62,879 bases of DNA from a virus (Duplodnaviria > Caudoviricetes), in the IMG/VR virus record IMGVR_UViG_3300031965_000026, positions 1-62,879 of that record; one strand, written 5' to 3'. This document shows positions 10,031 to 19,784 of the stretch, one piece after another (the stretch's first letter is position 1; every line of letters begins with the position of its first letter). The position numbers and the translations under genes were made by a program. The notes under the pieces are model-generated. The model saw nothing but the letters and a program-made list of their open reading frames with translations. It was not told the origin of the DNA and made no database searches.

Positions 10031-10567
10031 ATGAACAGCAAAAGACAACTCGAGGAAATGCGGAAAAAGCGAAAGATCTTCGTCGAGGAGTACTTGAAGG
10101 ATCTGAATGCCACCCAGGCAGCCATCCGCGCCGGCTACTCCGAGCGTAGCGCCAGGAGACAAGGCCATATCTTGCTCACCGAGCCGGCGATAGCGGATGC
10201 CGTCGCCAAGCACTCGGGGAAGTTGACTCAGCGCAACGGCTCGGCTGCCGATCAGGTGGTGACGTGGTTCCTCGAGCGCGCTCGCCTAGATCCCGCAGAC
10301 ATGTTCGACGAGCACGGCGAGCTCCTCCAGGTGAAGGCGATGCCCGAGCACGTGCGGCGCAACGTCGAGAGCTACGAGATGACGAAGTACGGTCCGAAGG
10401 TGAAGCTCCAGTCGCGCCATGCCGCGCTCGATGCGCTGGCACGCTATCACCAGCTCTTCCTCGAACGTCACCACGTAGAGCACTCGGGGGCGATCTCCCT
10501 GCACTTCGACTTTGGCGCGGCCACCAAGCCGCCTCCCGAGGTGCTGGCTGATGAGCCGGCTCTCTGA
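10031..10567 (+). CDS. terS: Terminase small subunit
   Basis: FVEEYLKDLNATQAAIRAGYSERSA motif. Confidence 0.92.
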   Translation: MNSKRQLEEMRKKRKIFVEEYLKDLNATQAAIRAGYSERSARRQGHILLTEPAIADAVAKHSGKLTQRNGSAADQVVTWFLERARLDPADMFDEHGELLQVKAMPEHVRRNVESYEMTKYGPKVKLQSRHAALDALARYHQLFLERHHVEHSGAISLHFDFGAATKPPPEVLADEPAL

Positions 10568-12913
10568 GTGTGGGATCTGCACTACCGGGCGAGCCGTACG
10601 CTCGCGCAGTTCCACGTATGCGACGACTTCGTACGCGGCGTGGTCGGACCCGTCGGCTCGGGCAAGTCCGTCGGGTGCGTGATCGAGGTGGTCGCGCGGT
10701 GCGTGCGTCAGGCACCGCAGGCAGACGGCGTGCGGCGCTCGCGCTGGGGCGTTATCCGGCAGACCTTCCCCGAACTGAAAACGACGACGATTGCCACCTG
10801 GCAGGACTGGGTGCCGGATCATATCTGCCGCCTGAAGTTCGACTCGCCGATCTCCGGGCGCCTGCACTTTCCGCTGCCCGACGGGACGACGGTGGACGCG
10901 GAGATCTTGTTCCTCGCGATCGACATCCCGGCGGACGTGAAGAAGCTGCTCTCGCTCGAGCTCACCGGGATCTGGATCAACGAGGCCCGGGAGGCACCCA
11001 GAGCCGTCCTGGACATGGCTCAGGCGCGGGTCGGGCGCTACCCCGCGAAGCGCGACGGCGGCTGTACCTGGCGAGGCGTGATAGCCGACACCAACCCCCC
11101 GGATGTCGATCACTGGTGGTACCGGCTCTTCGTCGAGGAGCGCCCCGAGGGGTGGTCCTGCTTCCATCAGCCGGGCGGGCTCAGCCCGCAGGCCGAGAAC
11201 ATCGAGAACCTGGACGAGGGCTATTACCAGCGGATCTCAGGGGGCAAGGACGAGGAGTGGATCCGGGTCTATGTGCACGGCGAGTACGGGTACATCGCCG
11301 ACGGCAAGCCGGTCTACCCCGAGTTCAAGATGGCGATGCACGTGGCCAGAGGGCCGCTCGAGCCGCATCCGAAGCTACCGGTCGGGATTGGCATCGACTT
11401 CGGATTGACGCCGGCGGCGGTCTTCGGACAGCGGGGGATCACCGGCCGGTGGCAGTGGCTGCGTGAGCTGGTGACCGAGGACATGGGCGCGGTGCGCTTC
11501 GCAGAGCTGCTCTCCGCCGAGGTGCAGCGGCACTACAGCGGATTCGAGCTGACGTTCTGGGGCGATCCGGCCGGGGACCAGCGAGCGCAGACCGACGAGG
11601 TGACGCCGTTTCAGATCTTGCGCGCGAGGGGGATCCCGGCGCGCCCGGCGCCGACCAATGACTTCGTGCTGCGCCGGGAGGCGGTCGCGGTGCCGCTCAC
11701 GCGGCTCATCGACGGGGAGCCGGGGCTCATCCTCGATCCCCGCATGACGACGACCGTCAAGGGCATGTCCGGCGGCTACAGCTACCGGCGCCTCCAGGTG
11801 CCGGGTGAGGAGCGCTACCAGGACAAGCCCAACAAGAACCGTTTCAGTCATTGTTGCTTTGTGGCGGGCACCGCGGTGTCGACGGAAACGGGTCGTTGCC
11901 CAATCGAGGCCGTGCGGGTGGGGGATCGCGCATGGACGCCGAGCGGCTTGCGCACGGTGACCGCGGTTATGTGTCGAGATGCCAGATCATTGCTCCGTAT
12001 ATCTGTCTCCAACGGTGATATCATCGTCTGCACGCCCGAGCATCCGTTCGCGGCGCCCGGAGGAAGGTTCATCCCGGCAGGCCAGCTTCAGCCTGGCGAC
12101 CGCCTGGTGACCGAAGGAGAAGCATGGGCCGTCCAGCCGTTCATCCGATCCAGACTATCGGAGGCATTCGGTTCTACCGGAAGCCGCCCGGCTATTACAA
12201 AGCCGACCATCGAGAGCACGGCGGCAAATACGCGCACCGCCATCAGTGGGAACTGCACTTCGGGCCTATTCCGGAGGGTATGCATGTTCACCACCGCAAC
12301 GGCGATCGTGCGGACAACCGCATCGAGAACCTCGAGCTGGTTACGCCGGGCGAGCACAACGAGATCCACGGTCCCCCGATTTGCGCAACCGCCGAACACA
12401 TGGCGAGCATTCGCCCACTGGCTGCGGAGGCACACCGCCGGATGGCGGGCACCGAGCGCGCCAGCGACATATCCCGCCGCGGAGTGTTGGCCCGCCCCTT
12501 CGTTCAAGGAGAGTGCAAACACTGTGGCCGGGTTTTCGAGGTTCGGGCCGGATATACAAAGCGCTATTGCTCTGCGTCATGCAGGGGAATGGCCAGAAAG
12601 GCACGCGGAGATGACGACGAGGACCGCGTCTGCCGGCATTGCGGGGCAGGGTTCCGCGTCGACAAATACGCCAGAAAAGATCACTGTTCGCGCCGTTGCG
12701 CCTCTCTCTCGTGGCGCACAGGTCTACAACCTGACGGTGGATGAGGAGCACGTCTACTACGTCGAAGGCGTGCTCGTCAGCAACTGCGACGCAGCACAAT
12801 ATTTGATGGTGGGCGAGGGCGAGGGCCGGGCGTTGCTCCGCTCGGGCGCCGAGCACAAGCACCGCGGGCGGGCCCGGCACAGCGGGACGTCCGGGGCGTG
12901 GATGGGGGCGTAG
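10568..12913 (+). CDS. terL: Terminase large subunit, containing an intein
   Basis: GPVGSGKS Walker A, IWINEARE, DTNPP, GIDFG, and SHC/CDAAQY split by the intein. Confidence 0.93.
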   Translation: MWDLHYRASRTLAQFHVCDDFVRGVVGPVGSGKSVGCVIEVVARCVRQAPQADGVRRSRWGVIRQTFPELKTTTIATWQDWVPDHICRLKFDSPISGRLHFPLPDGTTVDAEILFLAIDIPADVKKLLSLELTGIWINEAREAPRAVLDMAQARVGRYPAKRDGGCTWRGVIADTNPPDVDHWWYRLFVEERPEGWSCFHQPGGLSPQAENIENLDEGYYQRISGGKDEEWIRVYVHGEYGYIADGKPVYPEFKMAMHVARGPLEPHPKLPVGIGIDFGLTPAAVFGQRGITGRWQWLRELVTEDMGAVRFAELLSAEVQRHYSGFELTFWGDPAGDQRAQTDEVTPFQILRARGIPARPAPTNDFVLRREAVAVPLTRLIDGEPGLILDPRMTTTVKGMSGGYSYRRLQVPGEERYQDKPNKNRFSHCCFVAGTAVSTETGRCPIEAVRVGDRAWTPSGLRTVTAVMCRDARSLLRISVSNGDIIVCTPEHPFAAPGGRFIPAGQLQPGDRLVTEGEAWAVQPFIRSRLSEAFGSTGSRPAITKPTIESTAANTRTAISGNCTSGLFRRVCMFTTATAIVRTTASRTSSWLRRASTTRSTVPRFAQPPNTWRAFAHWLRRHTAGWRAPSAPATYPAAECWPAPSFKESANTVAGFSRFGPDIQSAIALRHAGEWPERHAEMTTRTASAGIAGQGSASTNTPEKITVRAVAPLSRGAQVYNLTVDEEHVYYVEGVLVSNCDAAQYLMVGEGEGRALLRSGAEHKHRGRARHSGTSGAWMGA
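11855..12784 (+). mobile_element. Intein (310 aa) in TerL
   Basis: N-terminus CFVAGT..., block B CTPEHPF, C-terminus VYNLTVDEEHVYYVEGVLVSN followed by Cys+1; removal restores SHCCDAAQY. Confidence 0.9.
12124..12744 (+). CDS. HNH endonuclease nested out-of-frame within the intein
   Basis: GAAGGAG RBS; HRHQWELHFGPIPEGMHVHHRNGDRADNRIENLE; CxxC...CSxxC zinc fingers. Confidence 0.88.
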   Translation: MGRPAVHPIQTIGGIRFYRKPPGYYKADHREHGGKYAHRHQWELHFGPIPEGMHVHHRNGDRADNRIENLELVTPGEHNEIHGPPICATAEHMASIRPLAAEAHRRMAGTERASDISRRGVLARPFVQGECKHCGRVFEVRAGYTKRYCSASCRGMARKARGDDDEDRVCRHCGAGFRVDKYARKDHCSRRCASLSWRTGLQPDGG

Positions 12914-12921
12914 GAGGGCGG

Positions 12922-13248
12922 ATGGCGGAATACGATTTTTCGAAGGTCTCGCTTTCGTTGTCACTGGAGGAGTACTCCAGGCGCTATATCGAGCCGGCGA
13001 TCAAGAAAATGTCTCGCCGGGTAAGGGCGCTGGCTTGGCGAAGGCGAAGGGCGAAGGGCGCGATCGGTCGAGCGTCCAGGGCTCCCTTGACCAGAGACGA
13101 GATTGAACAGGCAGCGCGATTGCTCTACTCCTCTCCTCGGCGTAAGGGCAACCTCGCTCAGTTCGTTCAGGTCGGAGATACCGTGAACATTCGCAAGCCG
13201 GTGCACTTCGAGATCTCTGATCGGCCGGCCTCAGACAAGGGGGCATGA
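12922..13248 (+). CDS. Small protein containing two major-capsid-like segments
   Basis: GGAGG RBS; LSLEEYSRRYIEP and FVQVGDTVNIRKPVHFE match the capsid at 17565. Confidence 0.7.
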   Translation: MAEYDFSKVSLSLSLEEYSRRYIEPAIKKMSRRVRALAWRRRRAKGAIGRASRAPLTRDEIEQAARLLYSSPRRKGNLAQFVQVGDTVNIRKPVHFEISDRPASDKGA

Positions 13249-13986
13249 TCATGGCGGGTCCGCTCTTGCTGCTCGAGACGCACGAGGTGAAAGAGGCGCT
13301 CTATCACTTCGACACGCGCTTCGATCCCGAGCAGCTCTCGGGTGAGGTAATCGTGAGCCGGGACGAGGACGACGATTTCAATATCGGCCCGGTCATCTAC
13401 CGGCACACCCTCATGTTCACCCCGGTCGAGGGCGAGGCGCCGTGCGACACGTTCATGCGCCACGCGAAGCGAGTTCGACGGGAGTTCATCGCGCGACTAT
13501 GACCGCCTGCCACATCCACGTGACGTCGGCCGACGAGGAGGGCAACCATCGGGTGACGCGCCTCGAGCACGGGCCGCTCATCGGCGGCTACCCTCGGCAC
13601 CGGGAGGAGCACGTCGTGCACAAGGAGCACCTCGAGGCGCTCCTGCACCGACTGCGCACGCAGCCGAGCCCGCAGAGCCGGGTGAAGCCCTCGCCGCTCG
13701 GGCATGAGCCCTACACCGACATGTACGTGGTGCGGGTTTGAGCCCCCGCGACCTGGCAAGCGTCTCGCCCATCGGTGAGCGCGCCGACTGGTCGGCCAAG
13801 GCCGCGGCCGGAGACGCGATGCAGCGGGTCGAGCACGACCGGCCTATCGTGTGTCTCTGGATCGATGAGCAGGGCGTGATGCGCTACGCGAAGGCCAACA
13901 CGTCGGTCGCCGATCTCTGCACGATGCAAGTGTTTCTCGCGCACATGGCCACGTACGCGTGGCGAAAGGTGGAGGAGGACGACTGA
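13245..13986 (+). other. Three small coupled hypothetical genes (13245-13502, 13499-13741, 13738-13986)
   Basis: Overlapping start/stop codons; GC3 bias. Confidence 0.55.
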
Positions 13987-14033
13987 GCAACCCCGGCGCC
14001 CGTCACAAGACTGCGCCCGAGCGCAGCGACACC

Positions 14034-14060
14034 AAGGGCCCTTCGGGGCCTTTTTCGTTT
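14034..14060 (+). terminator. Intrinsic terminator
   Basis: AAGGGCCC-TTCG-GGGCCTTTTT. Confidence 0.8.
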
Positions 14061-14075
14061 CCAAAGGAGATTGCG

Positions 14076-14225
14076 ATGAAGAAGTCTGGCAAGGGCCCGA
14101 GCTACGGCAACAGCAAGCTGAACAGCCCCCCGGCCCGCCCGAAGGACAGCCGTCCGAAGATCAAGCTCCAGACGGGCACGACCACGAGCTCGATGAAGCC
14201 GGGTGTGCGTAGCCGGGGCGCGTAA
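14076..14225 (+). CDS. Small basic protein
   Basis: AAAGGAG RBS; MKKSGKGPSYG... Confidence 0.55.
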   Translation: MKKSGKGPSYGNSKLNSPPARPKDSRPKIKLQTGTTTSSMKPGVRSRGA

Positions 14226-14233
14226 GGGGCCTG

Positions 14234-16396
14234 ATGCTCGAAGATCTGCACCTCCCCGTCGCCGGGGAGGACGGGACGCCTAGCGACGATGAGCACGTCG
14301 TTTCAGAAGCACGGGACCGGCTTGCTCGTGCCATCGAGTACGAATCGAACATCCGAGAGCAAGCGGCAGACGACGTCCGCTTCCTGAGCGGCGAGCAGTG
14401 GCCGCAGAAGGTCCGCCAGGAGCGCGAGGAGGACGGGCGGCCGGTCCTCACGATCAACAAGCTCCCGCAGTACGTCGAGCAGGTGGTGGGTGAGGAGCGC
14501 CAGAACCGGCCGTCCATCAAGGTGGTGCCGTCTTCCGGCGTCAGCGTGCCGAAGACCAAGAATCTGCGCGGGGACAAGGGCTACGATCTCGCCGAGATCT
14601 ACACCGGGCTCATCCGGGACATCGAGCAGCGCTCGGCCGCCGACCAAGCGTACGACTGGGCGTTCCAGCAGTCGGTCGAGCACGGGTTCGGCCACTGGCG
14701 GGTGCTGACCGAGTACTCGGGCGACGACTCCTTCGATCAGGACATCCGCATCAAGCGGATCCGGAACGCGTTCCAGGTGTACTGGGATCCGGTGTCGGAG
14801 GAGTGGGATAAGAGCGACGCGCAGTGGTGCATCGTCTCGAGCGAGATCCACAAGAACGATTTCCGTGCCCGGTGGCCGGACTCCTCGATGGCTGCTCTCG
14901 AGGGTGCCGAGGGTGACTGGACGGTGCACTGGTTCCACGACGAGCTGGTGCGCATTGCCGAGTACTGGCGCAAGGTCCCGCACACCAAGACGCTGCACCT
15001 GCTCTCCGACGGCGCGGTGGTCGACGGCGAGAAGTGGGTGAAGATTGGAGACGAGCTGGCCGAGCAGGGGATCACGAGCATCCGCGAGCGCCGGGTGAAG
15101 AGTTACAAGATCGAGTGGCGGCTCATGAACGGGGTCGAGGTGCTCGAGGGGCCGAAGGACTGGCCGGGGCAGTACATCCCGATCGTCACCTGCTACGGGC
15201 GCGAGCTCTTCGTCGACGGGCGACCCGAATACCGCGGGATCATCCGGCACGCGAAAGAGCCGCAGCGGATGTTCAACTTCTGGCGCACGAGCTCCACCGA
15301 GCAGGTGGCCCTCGCGCCCAAGGTCCCGTGGGTGGTCTCCGATGACCAGATCGACGGCTTCGAGGACCTCTGGGTGCACGCGAACACCAAGAACTACTCG
15401 TACCTGCCTTACCGCCACACGGGCGCGCCACCGCCGCAGCGTCCGACCATGCCACAGATCCCCCCGGGTGCGGTGAACGAGGCGCTGTCGGCCGGTGAGG
15501 ACATCAAGGCCGCGGTCGGCATGTACAACCCGAGCGTGGGCAACCGCGAGGATACGGCGTCGGGCATCGCCATCGAGCGGCTTCAGCGCAAGGCCGATAC
15601 CGCGACATTCTCGTTCATCGACAACCTCACGCGGGCCATCCGGCACACCGGCAAGATCCTGATCGATCTCATCCCGCGCGTGTACGACGGCGAGCGCATC
15701 GTGCGGATTGCCGCGTGGGACGAGACCGAGGACTTCGTCGAGATCAACAAGACGGTGCTCGACGAGCAAACGGGCGAGACCGTGGTCATGGCCGATCTCT
15801 CGGTCGGGCGCTATGACGTGCGGGTGCGGGCTGGGCCCTCTTACGCCACGCAGCGCGAGGAGGCGCAGGACGGGATGCTCCAGTTCATCCAGACGGTGCC
15901 GGACTTGGCCGCTCAGGTCGCCGATCTCTTCGCCGAAGCCATGGACTGGCCGAACGCGGACAAGATCGCGAAGAGACTCAAGAAGGCGCTGCCTCCCGCC
16001 ATGCTCGAGCCCGGCGAGCTCGACGAGGAGGACCAGCCGCCCCCGCCCGAGCCGACGCCCGCGGAGCAGGCCGAGCTCGCGAAGGCCGAGGCCGAGATGG
16101 CCAAGGCGGAGGCGACCAAGGCGAAGGCCGCGGCCGACACGCTCGCCGCACAGGTGGAGATGGCGACCGCCGGCCTGCACGCGGAGGCCGACGTGGTTCG
16201 CACCGAGGCCGATATCGAGAACGCCCGCACGGGCGTCGTCAACCAGCGGATGGACTCCGAGGAGCGGCTCGCGGCTCGCGGGCAAGACTCCGAGGCGCAG
16301 ATCCGAGAGCAGGTGGCCTCAGCGATCGCCGAGCTGATCGCGTCCGGCCAGCTCCAGCAGATCTTGGCCGCAGGACCGCAGCCACCCGCGCAGTAA
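14234..16396 (+). CDS. Portal protein (P22-like)
   Basis: DVRFLSGEQWP, RPVLTINKL, VRIAEYW, WPGQYIPIV, SGIAIERLQ, GRYDVRV..GPSYATQREE. Confidence 0.92.
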   Translation: MLEDLHLPVAGEDGTPSDDEHVVSEARDRLARAIEYESNIREQAADDVRFLSGEQWPQKVRQEREEDGRPVLTINKLPQYVEQVVGEERQNRPSIKVVPSSGVSVPKTKNLRGDKGYDLAEIYTGLIRDIEQRSAADQAYDWAFQQSVEHGFGHWRVLTEYSGDDSFDQDIRIKRIRNAFQVYWDPVSEEWDKSDAQWCIVSSEIHKNDFRARWPDSSMAALEGAEGDWTVHWFHDELVRIAEYWRKVPHTKTLHLLSDGAVVDGEKWVKIGDELAEQGITSIRERRVKSYKIEWRLMNGVEVLEGPKDWPGQYIPIVTCYGRELFVDGRPEYRGIIRHAKEPQRMFNFWRTSSTEQVALAPKVPWVVSDDQIDGFEDLWVHANTKNYSYLPYRHTGAPPPQRPTMPQIPPGAVNEALSAGEDIKAAVGMYNPSVGNREDTASGIAIERLQRKADTATFSFIDNLTRAIRHTGKILIDLIPRVYDGERIVRIAAWDETEDFVEINKTVLDEQTGETVVMADLSVGRYDVRVRAGPSYATQREEAQDGMLQFIQTVPDLAAQVADLFAEAMDWPNADKIAKRLKKALPPAMLEPGELDEEDQPPPPEPTPAEQAELAKAEAEMAKAEATKAKAAADTLAAQVEMATAGLHAEADVVRTEADIENARTGVVNQRMDSEERLAARGQDSEAQIREQVASAIAELIASGQLQQILAAGPQPPAQ

Positions 16397-16441
16397 CCCC
16401 GCCCGTCCGGGCGCTAACGCCGTGAGGCGTCAGGAGTACGC

Positions 16442-17440
16442 ATGGCAGAGGATTCGAACGTCACCACCCGGGACGAGCCGCGAGAAGAGCGGCCAATGCC
16501 CGAGGTGCTGACCGAGGAGGTGCTCACGTTCCCCGACGGGACCCGGGCGACCCGCACGGATCTCGAGGACGAGGGCGGCGACGCCCACGAGTACCGCGCG
16601 GCGAAGGCCGCACAACGCGCTGCCACCGAGGCGGCGACGCCCGAGGAGGGCGAGGAGGAGGAGCCCGGGGAGACCGAGGCGGCGGCCGAGCCCGAGGAGG
16701 CGGCGGCCAAGACCGAGGAAACCGACGACGCAGACGAGGCGCGTCGTGAGCAGCGTCGGCAGGAGAACCGCAGCCGGCGTCAGGCCCGCAAGCGTCGCGA
16801 GCAGGAGACGCGCGAGCGCCTGGAGGCGGCTGAGAAGCGCCTGGCCGAGCTCGAGGGGCAGAAGACGGAGCCCAAGGGCGATGACGCGAAGCCGCGAATG
16901 GACGACTTCGAGGAGCCCGAGGAGTACTTCGAGGCCATGCTCGACTGGCGCGACCGGCAGAAGGCGGCGCCCGAGAGCGAGCAGCCGCCTCAGCAGGCCC
17001 CGCCAGAGCCGCCCGAGGAGCTGCACGAGTTCTACGCCCATGGGGCGGCGCGCTACGGCGATTTTCGCGAGGTCGTGGGCGCCCAGGACTTGATGATCAC
17101 CCAGCACATGGCCGAGTTCATGTTCGACTCGGATGTAGGCTCGGATGTCGCGTACTACCTCGGCCAGCACAAGGCCGAGGCCGCCGAGATCGCCCGGATG
17201 GACGACACGGCGGCTATCCGGGCGCTCGCGCGCCTGGAGGCGAAGGTAACCCAGCCGGCCAAGGCCGATCCGCCCGCCAAGGGCGCCGCGCGACCCGCGC
17301 GGAAAGTGACCCGTGCGTCCGATCCGATCACGCCCGTCTCGGGCGGTGGTGACGAGGCGCCGAAGTCGCCCGAGAACATGACGCAGGTGGAATACAACGC
17401 CTGGCGGACGAAGCAGCGTCGGGCACAGGGTCTCTACTGA
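16442..17440 (+). CDS. Scaffolding protein
   Basis: Acidic and coiled-coil; lies between portal and coat; DVAYYLG. Confidence 0.8.
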   Translation: MAEDSNVTTRDEPREERPMPEVLTEEVLTFPDGTRATRTDLEDEGGDAHEYRAAKAAQRAATEAATPEEGEEEEPGETEAAAEPEEAAAKTEETDDADEARREQRRQENRSRRQARKRREQETRERLEAAEKRLAELEGQKTEPKGDDAKPRMDDFEEPEEYFEAMLDWRDRQKAAPESEQPPQQAPPEPPEELHEFYAHGAARYGDFREVVGAQDLMITQHMAEFMFDSDVGSDVAYYLGQHKAEAAEIARMDDTAAIRALARLEAKVTQPAKADPPAKGAARPARKVTRASDPITPVSGGGDEAPKSPENMTQVEYNAWRTKQRRAQGLY

Positions 17441-17564
17441 GCGTCTAGTTCCCCGGGACCGTCGAGACGACGGACCCCCATCCCATCACTGAAACGTGAC
17501 TGCGCCGGGCAGGCATTAGCCCGGCACGGGCTCGTGCGTCTCCGGCGCAGCGCCGGAGACTTCC

Positions 17565-18770
17565 ATGGCCAACACCATTCTCACGCCTACCGTGATCGCA
17601 CGGGAGGCGCTTTTCCATCTCGAGAACAACCTCGTGATGGGCCGCAACGTCTACCGCAAGTACGAGCACGAGTTCGTCAAGGTCGGGGACACCGTCAACA
17701 TTCGAAAGCCCGTCCAGTTCGAGGTGACGGACGGCGCGACGCTCTCAAAGCAGAACGTCACGGAGACCAATACCTCGATCGTGATCTCGAGCCGCAAGCA
17801 CGTCGCCTGGGGCTTCGACACGCAGAGCTTGACGCTCTCCATCGAGGAGTACTCCAAGCGCTACATCCAGCCGGGGTGCATCGCGCTCGCGAATCAGGTC
17901 GACGTCGATCTGCTCGCGCTCTACACCGACTTCTACACGTCGGCGGGGACCGCGGGCACTACCCCGAACACGTTCAGCCAGCTCGGCAACCTTGCCGCGG
18001 CCATGGACCGGGTGCCGGTGCCGGACGACGGCGAGCGCAAGCTTGTATTGAACCCGACGGCGCGGTGGGCGATGGCCGATGCGTTGAAGGGGATCTTCGA
18101 CGCGTCCATGCCCAAGGAGTTCGTGCGCAAGGGCCTGCTCGGGCGGCTCGCGAACATGGAGATCTACGGGGACCAGAACGTGGCTCGCCACCAGGTGGGA
18201 TCGGACGTCGGCACGGGCACCCCGCTCGTGGACACCACGACCTCAGCCGACGGTGATACCTCGATCTTGACCGACGGGTGGTCGACCACGCACACCGCCG
18301 CGGTGCGCAAGGGTGACGTGTTCACCATCGCCGGGGTGTTCTCGTTGAACCGGGTGTCGAAGGTCAACACCGGGCAGCTTCAGCAGTTCGTGGCAACTGC
18401 GGACGCGAACTCCGATGGCGGCGGGCACGTCACCATTGCGCTCGATCCGCCGCTCAAGACGACCGGGGCGTACGCCACGATCAGCGCGTTGCCTGCGAAC
18501 GACGCAGCGCTCACCTTCTTCGGGAGCACCGAGGACGCGACCTACGCGCAGAACATCGCGTTCCACCGCAATGCGATCGCGCTCTGCGTCGTGCCGCTCG
18601 AGCTGCCAGACGGCGCCTCATGGAAGGCACGGGTGGAGCACGACGGGCTCTCCATCCGCATCGTGAAGGACTACGACGTGGTGGAGGACGAGGAGATCGT
18701 GAGGCTCGACATTTTGTACGGAACACGAGTGATCTATCCTGAATTGGGTGCGCGCCTCTGGGGAGAATAG
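17565..18770 (+). CDS. Major capsid protein (P22 coat family)
   Basis: MANTILTP, GDTVNIRKP, GDVFTIAGV, NIAFHRNAI, RLDILYG. Confidence 0.93.
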   Translation: MANTILTPTVIAREALFHLENNLVMGRNVYRKYEHEFVKVGDTVNIRKPVQFEVTDGATLSKQNVTETNTSIVISSRKHVAWGFDTQSLTLSIEEYSKRYIQPGCIALANQVDVDLLALYTDFYTSAGTAGTTPNTFSQLGNLAAAMDRVPVPDDGERKLVLNPTARWAMADALKGIFDASMPKEFVRKGLLGRLANMEIYGDQNVARHQVGSDVGTGTPLVDTTTSADGDTSILTDGWSTTHTAAVRKGDVFTIAGVFSLNRVSKVNTGQLQQFVATADANSDGGGHVTIALDPPLKTTGAYATISALPANDAALTFFGSTEDATYAQNIAFHRNAIALCVVPLELPDGASWKARVEHDGLSIRIVKDYDVVEDEEIVRLDILYGTRVIYPELGARLWGE

Positions 18771-18842
18771 CGTTAAGACCGTAGCGCCGTAGACTGATCT
18801 TTGGTATAGTTTCATGACGTATCAAATATCGGTCTTGGCGCT

Positions 18843-19430
18843 ATGTCTACATGCTGCATAAAGGAATGCGAAAAAAAGGTGCTGGCACACGATATGTGCT
18901 CCATGCACTGGCAGCGCTTCCGTCTTCATGGGTCACCCCTCAGAACGAAAACCGTGCAGTATCACGGCCTGACACCAAAGGAGAGGTTCCTAAAGTACGT
19001 CGATCGACCTCCTGAGGGTTGTTGGCCCTGGAAGGGCGGGCTCAATGGTTATAAAGGGTATGGGATGTTCAACTACTATGGACGTCCTAGATTGGCCTCT
19101 CGCGTCTCCTGGATGTTGTTCAAGGGCGATATACCCGACGGTTTGTTTGTGTGCCACGCATGCGACAACCCGAAGTGTGTTAACCCGGACCATCTATTCT
19201 TGGGGTCGCAGAAAGACAACATGGACGATATGGTGGCCAAGGGTCGCAGCAATAATGCCGCCAAGTCTCTACCAGGAGTTTTGCATGGTGGGGTGAAACT
19301 CACCGATGCGGATGTGCTGGAGATACGGTCTGCCTCGCAGTCTTTCAGGTTTTTGGCTCGACGCTATGGTGTGAGCACGCGAACCATAGGAGACGTGAAA
19401 AGCCGTCGCTCTTGGAAGCATGTTCCTTAG
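18843..19430 (+). CDS. HNH homing endonuclease
   Basis: CWPWKG..GYG; VCHACDNPKCVNPDHLFLGSQKDNMDD; lower-GC insert. Confidence 0.92.
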   Translation: MSTCCIKECEKKVLAHDMCSMHWQRFRLHGSPLRTKTVQYHGLTPKERFLKYVDRPPEGCWPWKGGLNGYKGYGMFNYYGRPRLASRVSWMLFKGDIPDGLFVCHACDNPKCVNPDHLFLGSQKDNMDDMVAKGRSNNAAKSLPGVLHGGVKLTDADVLEIRSASQSFRFLARRYGVSTRTIGDVKSRRSWKHVP

Positions 19431-19453
19431 TTACGTCGCAAGTTCTGGTTAAC

Positions 19454-19480
19454 CGGGCCTCTTCGGAGGCCTTTTTCTTT
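19454..19480 (+). terminator. Intrinsic terminator
   Basis: GGCCTC-TTCG-GAGGCC followed by TTTTT. Confidence 0.8.
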
Positions 19481-19496
19481 TCAGGAGATCACTATC

Positions 19497-19784
19497 ATGG
19501 CACTCACTGTTTCGGGCTCGGGCCAGCAAGCCACCGTCAAGCAAGTCTCAGACAATCGTTCCGATGGGTTACAGGTCGGGCAGTCCGCTGCCGATCTAGT
19601 CGGCTTTTACGGGGTAGATCCCGTCGTTCAGCCGGCGGACACTGATCAGGGCGCGGTGACCGCGACCACGACCACGACCGCGACGACCACGGCGCTTCAG
19701 GCCGACATCGATGCGGTGCGCACGCTGGCCAACCAGCTCCGATCTGATCTGGTCGATCTCGGCCTCATCAAGGGCGCCGCGTAA
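19497..19784 (+). CDS. Putative head decoration/fibre protein, Thr-rich
   Basis: VGFYGVDPVVQP...TATTTTTATTT...LVDLGLIKGAA; directly after the capsid. Confidence 0.6.
   Translation: MALTVSGSGQQATVKQVSDNRSDGLQVGQSAADLVGFYGVDPVVQPADTDQGAVTATTTTTATTTALQADIDAVRTLANQLRSDLVDLGLIKGAA

Noticed and set aside
14303-16285. Long antisense ORFs (also 25937-27205, 28148-29587, 44568-46268 and others)
   Set aside because: Shadow frames expected at high GC opposite clear genes; no RBS or motifs seen
12922-17872. DGR template/variable repeat pair between the capsid-like segments
   Set aside because: No reverse transcriptase in the genome, and the mismatches are not adenine-specific
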